This document shows, one piece after another, positions 9,982 to 19,600 of a DNA stretch of 47,141 bases. A program made the position numbers and the translations under genes. The stretch is from the NCBI GenBank assembly GCA_027021395.1, contig JALUUK010000317.1, forward strand, positions 1-47,141, given 5' to 3'. Source of the DNA: Acidobacteriota bacterium. GTDB taxonomy: Bacteria; Acidobacteriota; Polarisedimenticolia; J045. The notes below the pieces were generated by a model that worked only from the letters and a program-made list of their open reading frames with translations, had not been told where the DNA came from and ran no database searches. Within the stretch, counting starts at the first letter, position 1, and each line of letters begins with the position of its first letter.

Positions 9982-10560
9982 CTACTCGTCCGGAATGTGG
10001 ATCGAATCGCTAAGAGCTTGGAAGGGCTCCGTCAGAGAATCGATGGATCGACGGCTTGCCGTGAGTTTGACGAACAACGCACCTCTATCGGTGTGAATGA
10101 TGGAAACGAGGAAGGCTTTCTCATCGACCTCGGGATTGACGATTCTAAAGAAGCTGTAGTCGCCGAAACCGCCGGTCCTCGTGCTCATTGCGGAGTCGAG
10201 TTCGGAAGGGGGAATCGGATCGAGCCCGAGCTGACTCCTCCATCGATTGAGATTGTTCAAAGTGCCGCCACCGTCGCCGGCGAGCGTGATGATCGAGCAA
10301 TCACCCTTCCCATCGGCGGTGGGCATCTCGAAACTGGCAAGCCGCATTCCCGAGGCCGGTTTCTCGATCCAGCCGGGTGGGACTTTCCAAAGAATGCCCG
10401 CGGATGGGGCGGCCTGCGCCGGTTGCGGTGCAGCAGCTGCTTGCGCCGGCGGTTGGGGTGCTTTGGGTACCTGATAGACCGTGATTTCGGGATTCCCGCA
10501 CCCGACCAAGCCGATCCCGAGGATCGCAGGAAGGAGCCGGAACTTCGGAATACCCAACAT
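9982..10560 (-). CDS. lipoprotein of unknown function
   Basis: Signal peptide plus lipobox GLVGC, Pro/Ala/Gln-rich linker, then a ~130-aa domain (LNNLNRWRSQLGL). First gene of the resB-ccsA operon. Confidence 0.6.
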   Translation of the reverse strand: MLGIPKFRLLPAILGIGLVGCGNPEITVYQVPKAPQPPAQAAAAPQPAQAAPSAGILWKVPPGWIEKPASGMRLASFEMPTADGKGDCSIITLAGDGGGTLNNLNRWRSQLGLDPIPPSELDSAMSTRTGGFGDYSFFRIVNPEVDEKAFLVSIIHTDRGALFVKLTASRRSIDSLTEPFQALSDSIHIPDE

Positions 10561-11392
10561 CTCGCTTCTCCAGTGCTGGCAGTCCCGACCATGGTAGCGA
10601 GTTCTGGGGACGGAGCTAGAAAAATCATGACGCGGCTCAAGCGTTTTCTTGAGCCTTGTCGTCTTCTTTCGACAAGCGGAAAAACGACTTAGCCGGTATC
10701 TTGCTCGGCCTTCTTCGGCGACAAATGGTCAAGAGTCAATCCGGATCGGACTCTAGACGGTACTCGGAGTCTGCATTGTTCCAAAAGCTTTCACGAAAGC
10801 GCACTCGAGAGTCGGTCGGGTGCGGGCCCGCCGACGGTGTTCAGAAAGGCGAGCACCCACCCAACGGGTGCCCATCGTGGTGTCTAGCCCATGCGAGCTG
10901 CCCTATCGCCGCGATGCCGGGCGCACCTTCTTGATCCTGCGCGGTAGCCACAGGCACGGTCTCGTAGCCAAACCCTCTTTCACGGGTTTCCCGGCTTTGA
11001 GCGGGCTGCCTTGCCCCGGTCACCGGTGTGTTTCTCGGAGGAAAAAGGCTGCGCCGGGCCGCCAAGGCACACCACACGGCTAGCCGCGAACCATCGTTCG
11101 CCGCGATCTTATCGCGCGGCGTTTTAGGGTCTTGGATCGCGTGCGCATCGGCCTAGCTGAAAGAGAAAAGTCCAACTCAGACATCGGGTGAAAGAGGAGA
11201 AGGCCTCGGGTGCGACGGAGGTGGCACCGCGGCCGCCGCCCGAGTCGCAGCGTGGGGAAATCTCGGATTCGGCTGTGTCCTATTGTTGCGACATTACTTT
11301 TGTTATCTCGGCAGTAAAGTTTCTCCAGCTTACGACGAATAGACAAGACGTCAGCCCGGAAAAACTTCGGGTGCAATTCGCGGAGTCATAGC

Positions 11393-12607
11393 ATGCGCGC
11401 AAAACGATTGTCGGCATTTCTTCTCTGCGCTCTGATCCTACCCGCAACGCCCGCAGCTGAACTGAACTGGAGCGGGTATGGAAACGCCCACTACATGAAG
11501 ATGAAAGGTGGACCCGAGCTTGCCGAAATGGATCTCAGCGATTCTCAGATTCAATTGCGAGAGTTCACGCTTTTTCTCGATGTCGTCATCAGCGATACGT
11601 TGACCATTTCCTCGGAAATCGAGATGGCTCGCAACGGATCCGTTGTCTCACTGAACTACGGTTATGCTTTGTGGCAACCACGGGATTGGTTGAATGTGCG
11701 TATCGGCAAGTTTCTCGTACCCTTCCTGAAATACAATGAAGAAAAGCCGAGCTTCCGTCAAAGTCTGATGAGTTCGCCATTCACCGCCACGGTCCTAGCA
11801 CCGGTCATCAACCCCAACGCACAGATTGCGCAGGGCATCGGCTGGTCGGATTACGGCGTCTCCATCGAGGGTATATGGGCCGGCGAGACCGGTGTCCTTT
11901 CCGGAACGCTGGCCGTGATCACCGGCCTGGCAAACAGTGATCCGGCGGCACTCGACTCGAATACCGTCAATTTTGCCGACGGAACTCCACCGGGAGCCAT
12001 ACGTCCTCGTGACGGACTGATCCAAAATGAAGCGGGTACCCGTGACAACAACGACGACAAAGCCATCGTCGCTCGCGTACTGTATCAGCTCTACAGCATA
12101 CCTCTCGGTTTCGGGCTGTCTCGATATCAAGGAAGTTGGGATCCGAACGGAATGCTGGACATCACGATGACCGGTGTCAATGCCGAACTTCGCTATCCCC
12201 GTCTGGAAATCAAGATGGAATGGGGTACAGCGGATATCGAGCAGAGCCCTGGAGCTCTTCCCGATGGCGCATTGCCGGTCACGCCGAATGTGAGCACGAC
12301 GAGTTACACGATGGAGGCCTGGTTCGTCGAAGCAGGGTGGAAGTTCAAGCAGTACCGTGAAGATCTCTGGGTCAAGCTCATTGGACGTCGGGATGAAGCC
12401 GATACCAATGATCAAGCAGCGTTCACACCCTTCGATCGCACGAGATCGACACTTGGAATCGAATGGCAATACGAGAAGAATTCCCGCCTACGCTACGAGC
12501 ATCAATGGACGCGAATTCGAGACTTCGGTCGAGCACCGTCGGCGGTCGCCGACTCCCTGACGGATTCTCCTTCGATGCACATGGCATCGCTGATCTTCTG
12601 GTTCTGA
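11393..12607 (+). CDS. porin-like outer-membrane beta-barrel protein
   Basis: Signal peptide MRAKRLSAFLLCALILPATPAAE, alternating amphipathic strands, GKFLVPF motif as in OprO/P-type porins, C-terminal aromatic residue (..LIFWF). Confidence 0.65.
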   Translation: MRAKRLSAFLLCALILPATPAAELNWSGYGNAHYMKMKGGPELAEMDLSDSQIQLREFTLFLDVVISDTLTISSEIEMARNGSVVSLNYGYALWQPRDWLNVRIGKFLVPFLKYNEEKPSFRQSLMSSPFTATVLAPVINPNAQIAQGIGWSDYGVSIEGIWAGETGVLSGTLAVITGLANSDPAALDSNTVNFADGTPPGAIRPRDGLIQNEAGTRDNNDDKAIVARVLYQLYSIPLGFGLSRYQGSWDPNGMLDITMTGVNAELRYPRLEIKMEWGTADIEQSPGALPDGALPVTPNVSTTSYTMEAWFVEAGWKFKQYREDLWVKLIGRRDEADTNDQAAFTPFDRTRSTLGIEWQYEKNSRLRYEHQWTRIRDFGRAPSAVADSLTDSPSMHMASLIFWF

Positions 12608-12624
12608 CGATGGAGGAAGGCAAG

Positions 12625-13164
12625 ATGAAAAATGCTTCGAGTTCCCGGCGTCGTCGGCCCACCCTGGTTTCTCTTCTCGTTCTTGCCCTCATCGCTGCAG
12701 CGGCTTCGGTGCCGGTATCGGCAGGGGAGTTCATGACACTCTACTCGATGAAGGACCGCAAGATTTGGAACTCGGTGAAGGGCTCCCTAGCAGGGCACAC
12801 CGTTCACGAATACAAGGTCGATCTTCTTGCGGTGGCGGATTATTCGGCCAAGCAGAAGGTCGTGGCCAAAGCGGATCAATACGACTATGCCCTGGTGATC
12901 GGTCCCCGCGCCAGCACGATCCTGCACGATGCGAAGTTCGGCACCGTCGTCGTCGGCGTAGAGGCGAAAGCCTCGCTTTCCGGAAACAAGGTTGTCTACT
13001 TGGTGACCGCAGGCATGCCGGATGGTAGTGCGTCCAAGGTTTCGGTGGCGGATGCAGCAGAGTTGGGAAGTACGGATCTATCGAAAAACACTCAGATCAC
13101 GGTGACCGATGCACAAAACTTGGGTCCGATCCTGGCGGGGGTTATCGAGAGACTCGCAAAATGA
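12625..13164 (+). CDS. small exported protein of unknown function
   Basis: ATG 12625 preceded by GGAGGAAGG. Signal peptide [33 protein letters not shown]. Its stop overlaps the MCP start (ATGA 13161-13164). Confidence 0.55.
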   Translation: MKNASSSRRRRPTLVSLLVLALIAAAASVPVSAGEFMTLYSMKDRKIWNSVKGSLAGHTVHEYKVDLLAVADYSAKQKVVAKADQYDYALVIGPRASTILHDAKFGTVVVGVEAKASLSGNKVVYLVTAGMPDGSASKVSVADAAELGSTDLSKNTQITVTDAQNLGPILAGVIERLAK

Positions 13165-14684
13165 ACCAGCCTACAGTTGGAGAAGAACATAAGCGGAAAC
13201 GCAGCCTTAGCGTTTCCGCCAAGATCATTCTGGCGACGATTCTCGTTCCCAGCATCGGGATACTCGCGACCGCGGGCATCCTCAGCCATCTGCACGCCAA
13301 GGATGCACGGGAGTCGTTTAGCGAGCACGCTGTCTATATGGGAGATTCTGCAGCAGGTTCCCTGGGCTTGGCCATGGCTCTCGGTTCGAGCGATTCCATG
13401 CGCGAGACACTGGCTTTGTTGCAGCAAGACCCGTTCTTCCTAGGCCTTGTCGTATTCGACAGCGAAGGGGAAGTGCTGCTTTCCGAGCCGACCGACCTAA
13501 CCATTCCGGAGCAGATCAGCGACACGTCGCTGGGCAACGATCAGGTGATCGATGGGAGGCTTTTCATTTCCCAAAGTCTCAACTTCGAGAACGAGCCGCT
13601 CGGTCGAATCGTACTCGTCCTCAACGAGGCTCGACTGGCCCAGCAGCGCCTCAGCATGGTACTGATCGCGCTCCTGATCGCGGGGGCGGCGATCGCCGTG
13701 GGGGCCGTTGTCGGTTTGCGCATGTCGAAGGGTATTCGTACGCTTCTGCCCCCACTATCGACGATGATGGCGGCGATCGCCAAAGGGGACCTGCGAGAAC
13801 GGACGCTTCCCGTGACGGGCAACGATGAACTTGCCGTTCTAGCGGAAGCAGCTCAGGCGATGCTGCAAAACACACGTTCGGTCATCGACAACATGGGTCA
13901 GCAGGCAACACTGGTCGCATCCGCGGCGGAAGAGCTGACCGCAACGAGCGACGAACTCTACAATTCTACGGAATCATCCAGCGAGTCGGTCCAGCGTGTT
14001 TCGCAGGCGGCAAGCAACGTCGATGGTTCCGTCGGTGATTTGCTGGCAGAATCGAGAAGCATCGCCGAGATGATCCGAGAAATCGCCGAGCATGCTCAGC
14101 GTGTTTCCGATGAGGCGCGAAGCGCGGTGACCGTTTCAGCGAACGCATCCGAGCAGATGTCCCAACTCGAGCAGGTCGGACGCGAGATCGAAGCCGCGGC
14201 CGAGCAGATCGGCTCTGTGGCGGACCAGACGAATCTACTCGCACTCAACGCAACGATCGAAGCCGCGCGAGCGGGTGAAGCGGGCAAGGGTTTCGCAGTC
14301 GTTGCCACCGAGGTCAAGGAGCTTGCGGCGTCTGCGGCGAGCGCGGCCGAGTCGGTGGGAGGTTTCATTCGTTCGATACAATCAGGAATTCAGTCGGCGG
14401 TCGGCGCAATGACCGATGTGTCTCAATCGATCAGCAGAATCGATGATCTGCAAACGAAAATCACCAGCGCGGTCCAAGAGCAATCCGACTCCGCAGACCG
14501 CATGGCGGGCAATGTCGAAGGTGCCGGAAACGCCAGTCGAGAGATCGCGCAGAGCCTGCAGACCGTGTCGCAGACCACTCAGCACGGATCGATCACCGCG
14601 GAATCGACGAAGTGCGCGGCACAAGAGTTGACGCGATTGGCGGAGCAGCTCAGTTCTACAGTGTCGGGTTTCCAGCTCCAGTAG
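13161..14684 (+). CDS. methyl-accepting chemotaxis protein
   Basis: Two TM segments flank a ~150-aa periplasmic domain, followed by a HAMP region. Highly conserved signalling hairpin [31 protein letters not shown]. Confidence 0.9.
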   Translation: MNQPTVGEEHKRKRSLSVSAKIILATILVPSIGILATAGILSHLHAKDARESFSEHAVYMGDSAAGSLGLAMALGSSDSMRETLALLQQDPFFLGLVVFDSEGEVLLSEPTDLTIPEQISDTSLGNDQVIDGRLFISQSLNFENEPLGRIVLVLNEARLAQQRLSMVLIALLIAGAAIAVGAVVGLRMSKGIRTLLPPLSTMMAAIAKGDLRERTLPVTGNDELAVLAEAAQAMLQNTRSVIDNMGQQATLVASAAEELTATSDELYNSTESSSESVQRVSQAASNVDGSVGDLLAESRSIAEMIREIAEHAQRVSDEARSAVTVSANASEQMSQLEQVGREIEAAAEQIGSVADQTNLLALNATIEAARAGEAGKGFAVVATEVKELAASAASAAESVGGFIRSIQSGIQSAVGAMTDVSQSISRIDDLQTKITSAVQEQSDSADRMAGNVEGAGNASREIAQSLQTVSQTTQHGSITAESTKCAAQELTRLAEQLSSTVSGFQLQ

Positions 14685-14719
14685 ATTCGACTCGAGCGAG
14701 TCGGGCAGAAAAAAGCAAA

Positions 14720-14747
14720 GGCGGCACTTGGTGTGCCGCCTTTTTTT
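14720..14747. terminator. bidirectional rho-independent terminator
   Basis: GGCGGCAC-ttggt-GTGCCGCC hairpin flanked by an A-run (14709-14715) and a T-run (14741-14747). Lies between the convergent MCP and DUF2231-like genes. Confidence 0.8.
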
Positions 14748-14766
14748 GCTGAAGCAGAGTGTCGTA

Positions 14767-15852
14767 CTATTCTTCTTCTATCGGATAGATCGTCACTTCG
14801 AGGACCGTGATGCGACCCCGCCCCGAAAGGAAAAGGCCGACCTTTCCATCGGGAGGAGCGTCGATGTGACCGTGGTTGACCATCTCATCTCGGAGAAAGC
14901 CCTTCAAGTGCGAGCCGGCGGAGGAAACCACGAGGGTTTCCGTACCGTAAGAATCGAAACCCTCGGTCTTGTCTAAGAAATTCTCCGCAGCGTCACGGTA
15001 ATCGACCAAAGCGTGCCCTTCGGGTGAGATGAGAAATACGCCATAGGCCTCAGCGTCGCGGAAATGGTGAACGATTCCAACGGATCCTTCGAAAGACGAA
15101 AGATCCAGTGTTGCCGCAGCCTGCACGTCGCCAAGCGTCTGCGGCCAGAGCAGGAAGCCCTTCCCATCCACGGAGAGAGTCAGCCCTTCCGCCGAGGCTT
15201 CGGCCGAAGTGTCTTCCTCGAGCGTGCCATCGAAACGCATCTCGACGAGCGTGGCGAGCGCGCTTCCGTCTCCGGCTGCGGGATTCCATGTCGCCGTACC
15301 ATCATCTTCGACGAAGAAACGCTCCTCGGCGGACGAGGCGGTGGTCTCGGACCGAGATGGCTCTTGCGGAATTTCGACTTTGCTCACCGCGATTCCGTGC
15401 CGATAGACGAGCGCGCCGCCGCGATCAGCCGTCAAGCCGACGAGGCCGGAAAGCCCGAGCGCGAGCAGCGTGAGCGCGATGCGAATCGGTACACGCTCGA
15501 TTCGTTCGTCGTCGCGTGCGATGAAAGCGAAAACGCCGCGAGCCACTGCAAACGCGCAAGTGGCAAGCATCGTCCAATAGCCGAGATCTGCGTGAGAGAC
15601 GACGGCACCCTGTACGCTCGGATCGAGCACGCCAAGGCCGTCGACGGCGTCGCGACCGCTGAAATAAGCAGCGAGTGCGGAGAGCGCAGCGAGTCCCCAA
15701 AGAAGCATCGCCGCTTGGTCGGACCAGCGACGCCGGTGCATGAGGGTCACGATGTCGAAGAGCAAGGCAACGAAAATCAACGCGATCGGAAAGTGAATCA
15801 AAGCCGGATGCAGATTAGGCAGCGCGCTCTGTTCCAGAAGCGGAGACAGCAT
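14767..15852 (-). CDS. DUF2231-like membrane protein with C-terminal exported beta-rich domain
   Basis: N-terminal HPALIHFPIALIFVALLFD motif and 4 predicted TM segments, followed by a ~200-aa soluble domain. Last gene of the cus-containing strand block. Confidence 0.65.
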   Translation of the reverse strand: MLSPLLEQSALPNLHPALIHFPIALIFVALLFDIVTLMHRRRWSDQAAMLLWGLAALSALAAYFSGRDAVDGLGVLDPSVQGAVVSHADLGYWTMLATCAFAVARGVFAFIARDDERIERVPIRIALTLLALGLSGLVGLTADRGGALVYRHGIAVSKVEIPQEPSRSETTASSAEERFFVEDDGTATWNPAAGDGSALATLVEMRFDGTLEEDTSAEASAEGLTLSVDGKGFLLWPQTLGDVQAAATLDLSSFEGSVGIVHHFRDAEAYGVFLISPEGHALVDYRDAAENFLDKTEGFDSYGTETLVVSSAGSHLKGFLRDEMVNHGHIDAPPDGKVGLFLSGRGRITVLEVTIYPIEEE

Positions 15853-15997
15853 GTCTCACCCTCCCTTTCAAGATTCAGGGTGATTCGCAGCCAAGAAAGA
15901 GAACAATCCATCGAGGTTGATGGACGTTCGGCGAACCACCGGATTGAACGTGTGTTCGTGTCATTCAGCGGGCCGTGCAAGCAAAGCAGGATGCGAT

Positions 15998-16029
15998 GCC
16001 GGAGGAGGCTTTGTCGGCACTCCTCCGGC
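15998..16029 (-). other. intercistronic perfect 10-bp GC-rich stem-loop
   Basis: GCCGGAGGAG (15998-16007) pairs with CTCCTCCGGC (16020-16029) around a 12-nt loop. It starts 15 nt past the stop of the DUF3347-like gene. No U-tract on either strand. Confidence 0.5.
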
Positions 16030-16043
16030 AAGAATCCTATCTT

Positions 16044-16601
16044 CTATTTGGAGACGATTTCTCCACAGCGCGCCATTTTCTTTCCGCCGAAGGGGTTGCC
16101 GATATCCTCGCCGGTTTGCAGCCACTTCTTCTCGACCATCGGACAGAAGGCCACGACCGGCTTTTTCCCTTGGATCATGTCACGGTAAGTGACCATGGAT
16201 GCCGAGAGATCGCCGAAGGCGGCGCGGGCCGCTTCGAGGTCCGAAGCCGTCGACAGAGTCTTGGCGGCATCCTTGATCTTCGGAAGCAAGGCCTTGGTTG
16301 CGGCCGCATCTCCGGCGGAGACCCCGGCATCTGCGGCATCGAAGGCGGTGGCGAGACGTCCGGCGCGGTTGGCGATCGAGCGCGCGGCTTTGGCCACGCC
16401 ATCGAGGGAATCGTCGGCCAGCGAGGCGCGGATCTGCTCGTAGTTCTTGTGCAGGGAATGGAAGGCGGCGCCACCGTGCTTCATCGCGCCGTGTTTCATC
16501 GAGCCATGCTTTTCGCCTCCATGTGCAGCAGCGGGGGCGACGGCAAGGACGGCAACGAGCCCGAAGGCGAGAATTGCGGAGAGAATGTTCTTCATAATCA
16601 T
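16044..16601 (-). CDS. DUF3347-like periplasmic His/Met-rich metal-binding protein
   Basis: Signal peptide MIMKNILSAILAFGLVAVLAVAPAAA, then HGGEKHGSMKHGAMKHGGAAFH. C-terminal FCPMVEKKWLQTGEDIGNPFGGKKMARCGE resembles the C-terminal CPM...NPY.G..M..CG motif I recall for DUF3347. Start 16601 or 16595. Confidence 0.7.
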   Translation of the reverse strand: MIMKNILSAILAFGLVAVLAVAPAAAHGGEKHGSMKHGAMKHGGAAFHSLHKNYEQIRASLADDSLDGVAKAARSIANRAGRLATAFDAADAGVSAGDAAATKALLPKIKDAAKTLSTASDLEAARAAFGDLSASMVTYRDMIQGKKPVVAFCPMVEKKWLQTGEDIGNPFGGKKMARCGEIVSK

Positions 16602-16642
16602 GGATCCTTTCGTTGTTACGGCGAGCTGTCTCGCCGAGTGGT

Positions 16643-19600
16643 TCAAGCCATGTCGGCGTCGTCATGTAGCCCGTGGCGGATCTCCCGCCTCAGGACGGCG
16701 CCCTTCCAGACCATGTAGATGGCCGGAATGATGAGAAGAGTCAGAACGGTGGCGCTCAACATGCCACCGACCATCGGGGCGGCGATGCGTTGCATGACCT
16801 GGGACCCCGATTCGAATACGTTACCGGCCATGACCGGCAGCAGACCGATGACGGTGGTTGCCACGGTCATCAGTTTCGGGCGAACACGAAGCACGGCCCC
16901 TTCGATGATTCCCTGGTACAGATCGCTGATCGTTTTCAACCGCCCTTCTCGCTTACGCCGTTTGTACACCTCGTCGAGATAGGCGAGCATCACGATACCG
17001 GTTTCGGCAGCTAGGCCGGCAAGAGCGATGAATCCGACGGCAACGGCGACACTCATATTATAGTCCAGCAAGTACATCAGCCATACGCCTCCCACCAAGG
17101 AGAACGGAATGGCCAGCAGGACGATCAACACTTCCGGGATATTCTTGAAGTGCATGTAGAGGAGGAAGAAAATGATCAAGAGCGTCAGCGGGAGCACAAG
17201 CATCAAGCGCTCTCGTGCTCGTTCCATGTACTCGTAACGCCCGCTCCACCGCAAGCTGTAGCCGGGGGGTAGTTTGATGTTCTCCGCGACGGCTTTCTTG
17301 GCGAGGTCGACGTAGGTGGCCATGTCGACCTCATCTTCGCGAATGCTGACCTGAATCCAAGCATTCAGCCGGGCATTTTCGCTCTTGATCGAGGGCGGAC
17401 CGTCGTTGATCTTGATCTCGGCAAGCTGTTCGAGCGGAATGTGCTCGCCCCGCGGTGTGGGAACGAGGACCTGTGCGAGTTTCTCCGGATCGTCGCGCAA
17501 CTCCTGCTGATATCGGACATTGACCGGATATCGCTCGAGTCCTTCGACCGTCTGCGTGACATTCATTCCGCCGATGGCCGTCATGATGACGTCCTGAATG
17601 TCGCCGACCGTTAGACCGAAACGAGCAGCAGCGGCACGATCGACGACAAAGTCGAGATAGCGCCCGCCAAAGGCCTTGTCCGGATAGGCCGACAGCGTTC
17701 CCGGAATCGTCTCCACGACCTGGGCGACTTCACTGGCGATGCGTTGAAGCGTCTGCAGATCATCGCCGGCGATCTTGATTCCGACCGGAGCTCGGATTCC
17801 CGTGGTCAGCATGTCCAGGCGGATCTTGATCGGCCCTTCCATGCTGGCATTCGTCAGTCCGGGAATCTTGATCGCGTCGTTGATCGCTCGATCGAGTTCT
17901 TGCGGGCTTCGCGCCGGTGCGGTTTCCGGCCACAAATGCTGCAGTGTCTCGCGCACCTTCTCCGGCAGAGGCCAGGATGAGTAGAAGCGCTTGATCGGCT
18001 GCTGAGGCCATTCATCCTTCGGTTTGAGCATGATCGTCGTTTCGACCATCGATGGGGGGGCGGGGTCCGTCGATGACTCCGCCCTTCCTATTTTTCCGAA
18101 GGTGTGATGGACTTCCGGGAACTGAGCAATGATCTTGTTCGTTTGTTGCAGAACTTCTTTCGCTTTCGTCAGAGAAATCCCGGGATCCGTCGTCGGCATC
18201 CACAGAAAGTCACCTTCGTAAAGCGGCGGGATGAATTCTCCACCGAGGCGATTGAAGGGGATGATCGTTATGACGGTGATCAAGATCGCTACGAGAATGA
18301 CGGTCTTGGGGAAGCGCAGGACGAAGTGAATCATGGGCTGATAGGCCCAGATGAAGAAGCGGCTCAGGGGGTTCTTGGATTCCGGTCGAATCTTACCGCG
18401 AACCAGGAACGACATCAGTACCGGGATGATGGTAATGGCCAAGACCGCTGCCGCGGCCATCGCGAAAGTCTTCGTAAAGGCCAACGGTCGGAAGAGTCTG
18501 CCTTCTTGAGCTTGCAGCGTAAAGACCGGAAGAAAGGAAAGTGTGATGATCAGTAGGCTATAGAAAAGCGCCGGTCCGACCTCCTTCGAGGCCTCGATGA
18601 TGATCTCATCATGCTTGAAGGGTTTGCCGAGCGATCGAGCATGCTCGAGATGCTTATGCGCATTTTCGACCATCACGACGCTCGCATCGACCATCACTCC
18701 TATCGCGATGGCTATCCCCCCAAGCGACATGATGTTCGCATTGATGTCAAGCATGTACATCACGAGAAAGGAGATCAGGATGCCCACCGGTAAGGTGAAG
18801 ACGGCAACGAAAGCGCTGCGGAAGTGCAACAAGAATACGACGCAGACCAAAGCGACGACGATCAACTCTTCGGTGAGCTTTCTCTCGAGAACTTCGATCG
18901 CATGCTCGATCAGGGTCGATCGATCGTAGACAGGGACGATCTCGACGCCTTCAGGAAGCCCGGCTTTCAGTTGCTCGAGCTTTTCCTTGACGTTTTCGAT
19001 CGTTGTCAGCGCGTTTTCTCCGAGACGCATGATGATCACGCCGCCGGCGACTTCGCCTTCTCCGTTGAGCTCAACGAGTCCGCGCCGCAAGTCGGGTCCA
19101 ATGCCGATCTCAGCGATGTCTCTGAGCAGAATGGGCGTTCCGTCCTTGCTCGCGCCGACTGGGATGTTCTCGAGATCGGCGAGACTTTTGATATACCCGA
19201 GGCCTCTGACCATGAACTCGGTTTCACCGAGTTCAACGAGACGTCCGCCGACGTCGTTGTTGCTTCGTCTAACGGCTCGAATGATCTTGGAAATAGGAAT
19301 GTCGTAGGAGCGTAACTTGACGGGGTCGACGGTAACCTGGTATTGCTTGACGAAGCCGCCGACACTGGCGACTTCGGAGACGCCCTCAACGCTGGTGAGC
19401 TCGTAGCGCAAATACCAATCCTGAATCGAACGAAGCTCAGCAAGAGAGTGGTTGTTCGATTTCAGAACGTATTCATAAACCCAGCCGACCCCCGTGGCGT
19501 CGGGTCCGAGTTCGACCTTGGCGTTCCGAGGCAGAGTCCCCTGAATCGAGGAGAGGTACTCGAGAACGCGACTACGAGCCCAGTAGAGATCGGTTCCATC

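Noticed and set aside
11161-11270. RNase P RNA-like (GAAAAGTCC, GGGTGAAAG) and tmRNA 5'-like (GGGGAAATCTCGGATTCGG) strings in the non-coding gap
   Set aside because: The motifs are only about 20 nt apart and in the wrong context for RNase P RNA. I found no P4 partner (ACAGAA..CGGCTTA) and no tRNA-like 3' end (..TCCACCA). A tmRNA starting here would run into the porin gene.
15064-16718. 374-aa and 247-aa plus-strand ORFs
   Set aside because: They are antisense to the DUF2231-like and DUF3347-like genes, which carry TM, signal and metal motifs. The plus-strand products are low-complexity and Arg-rich.
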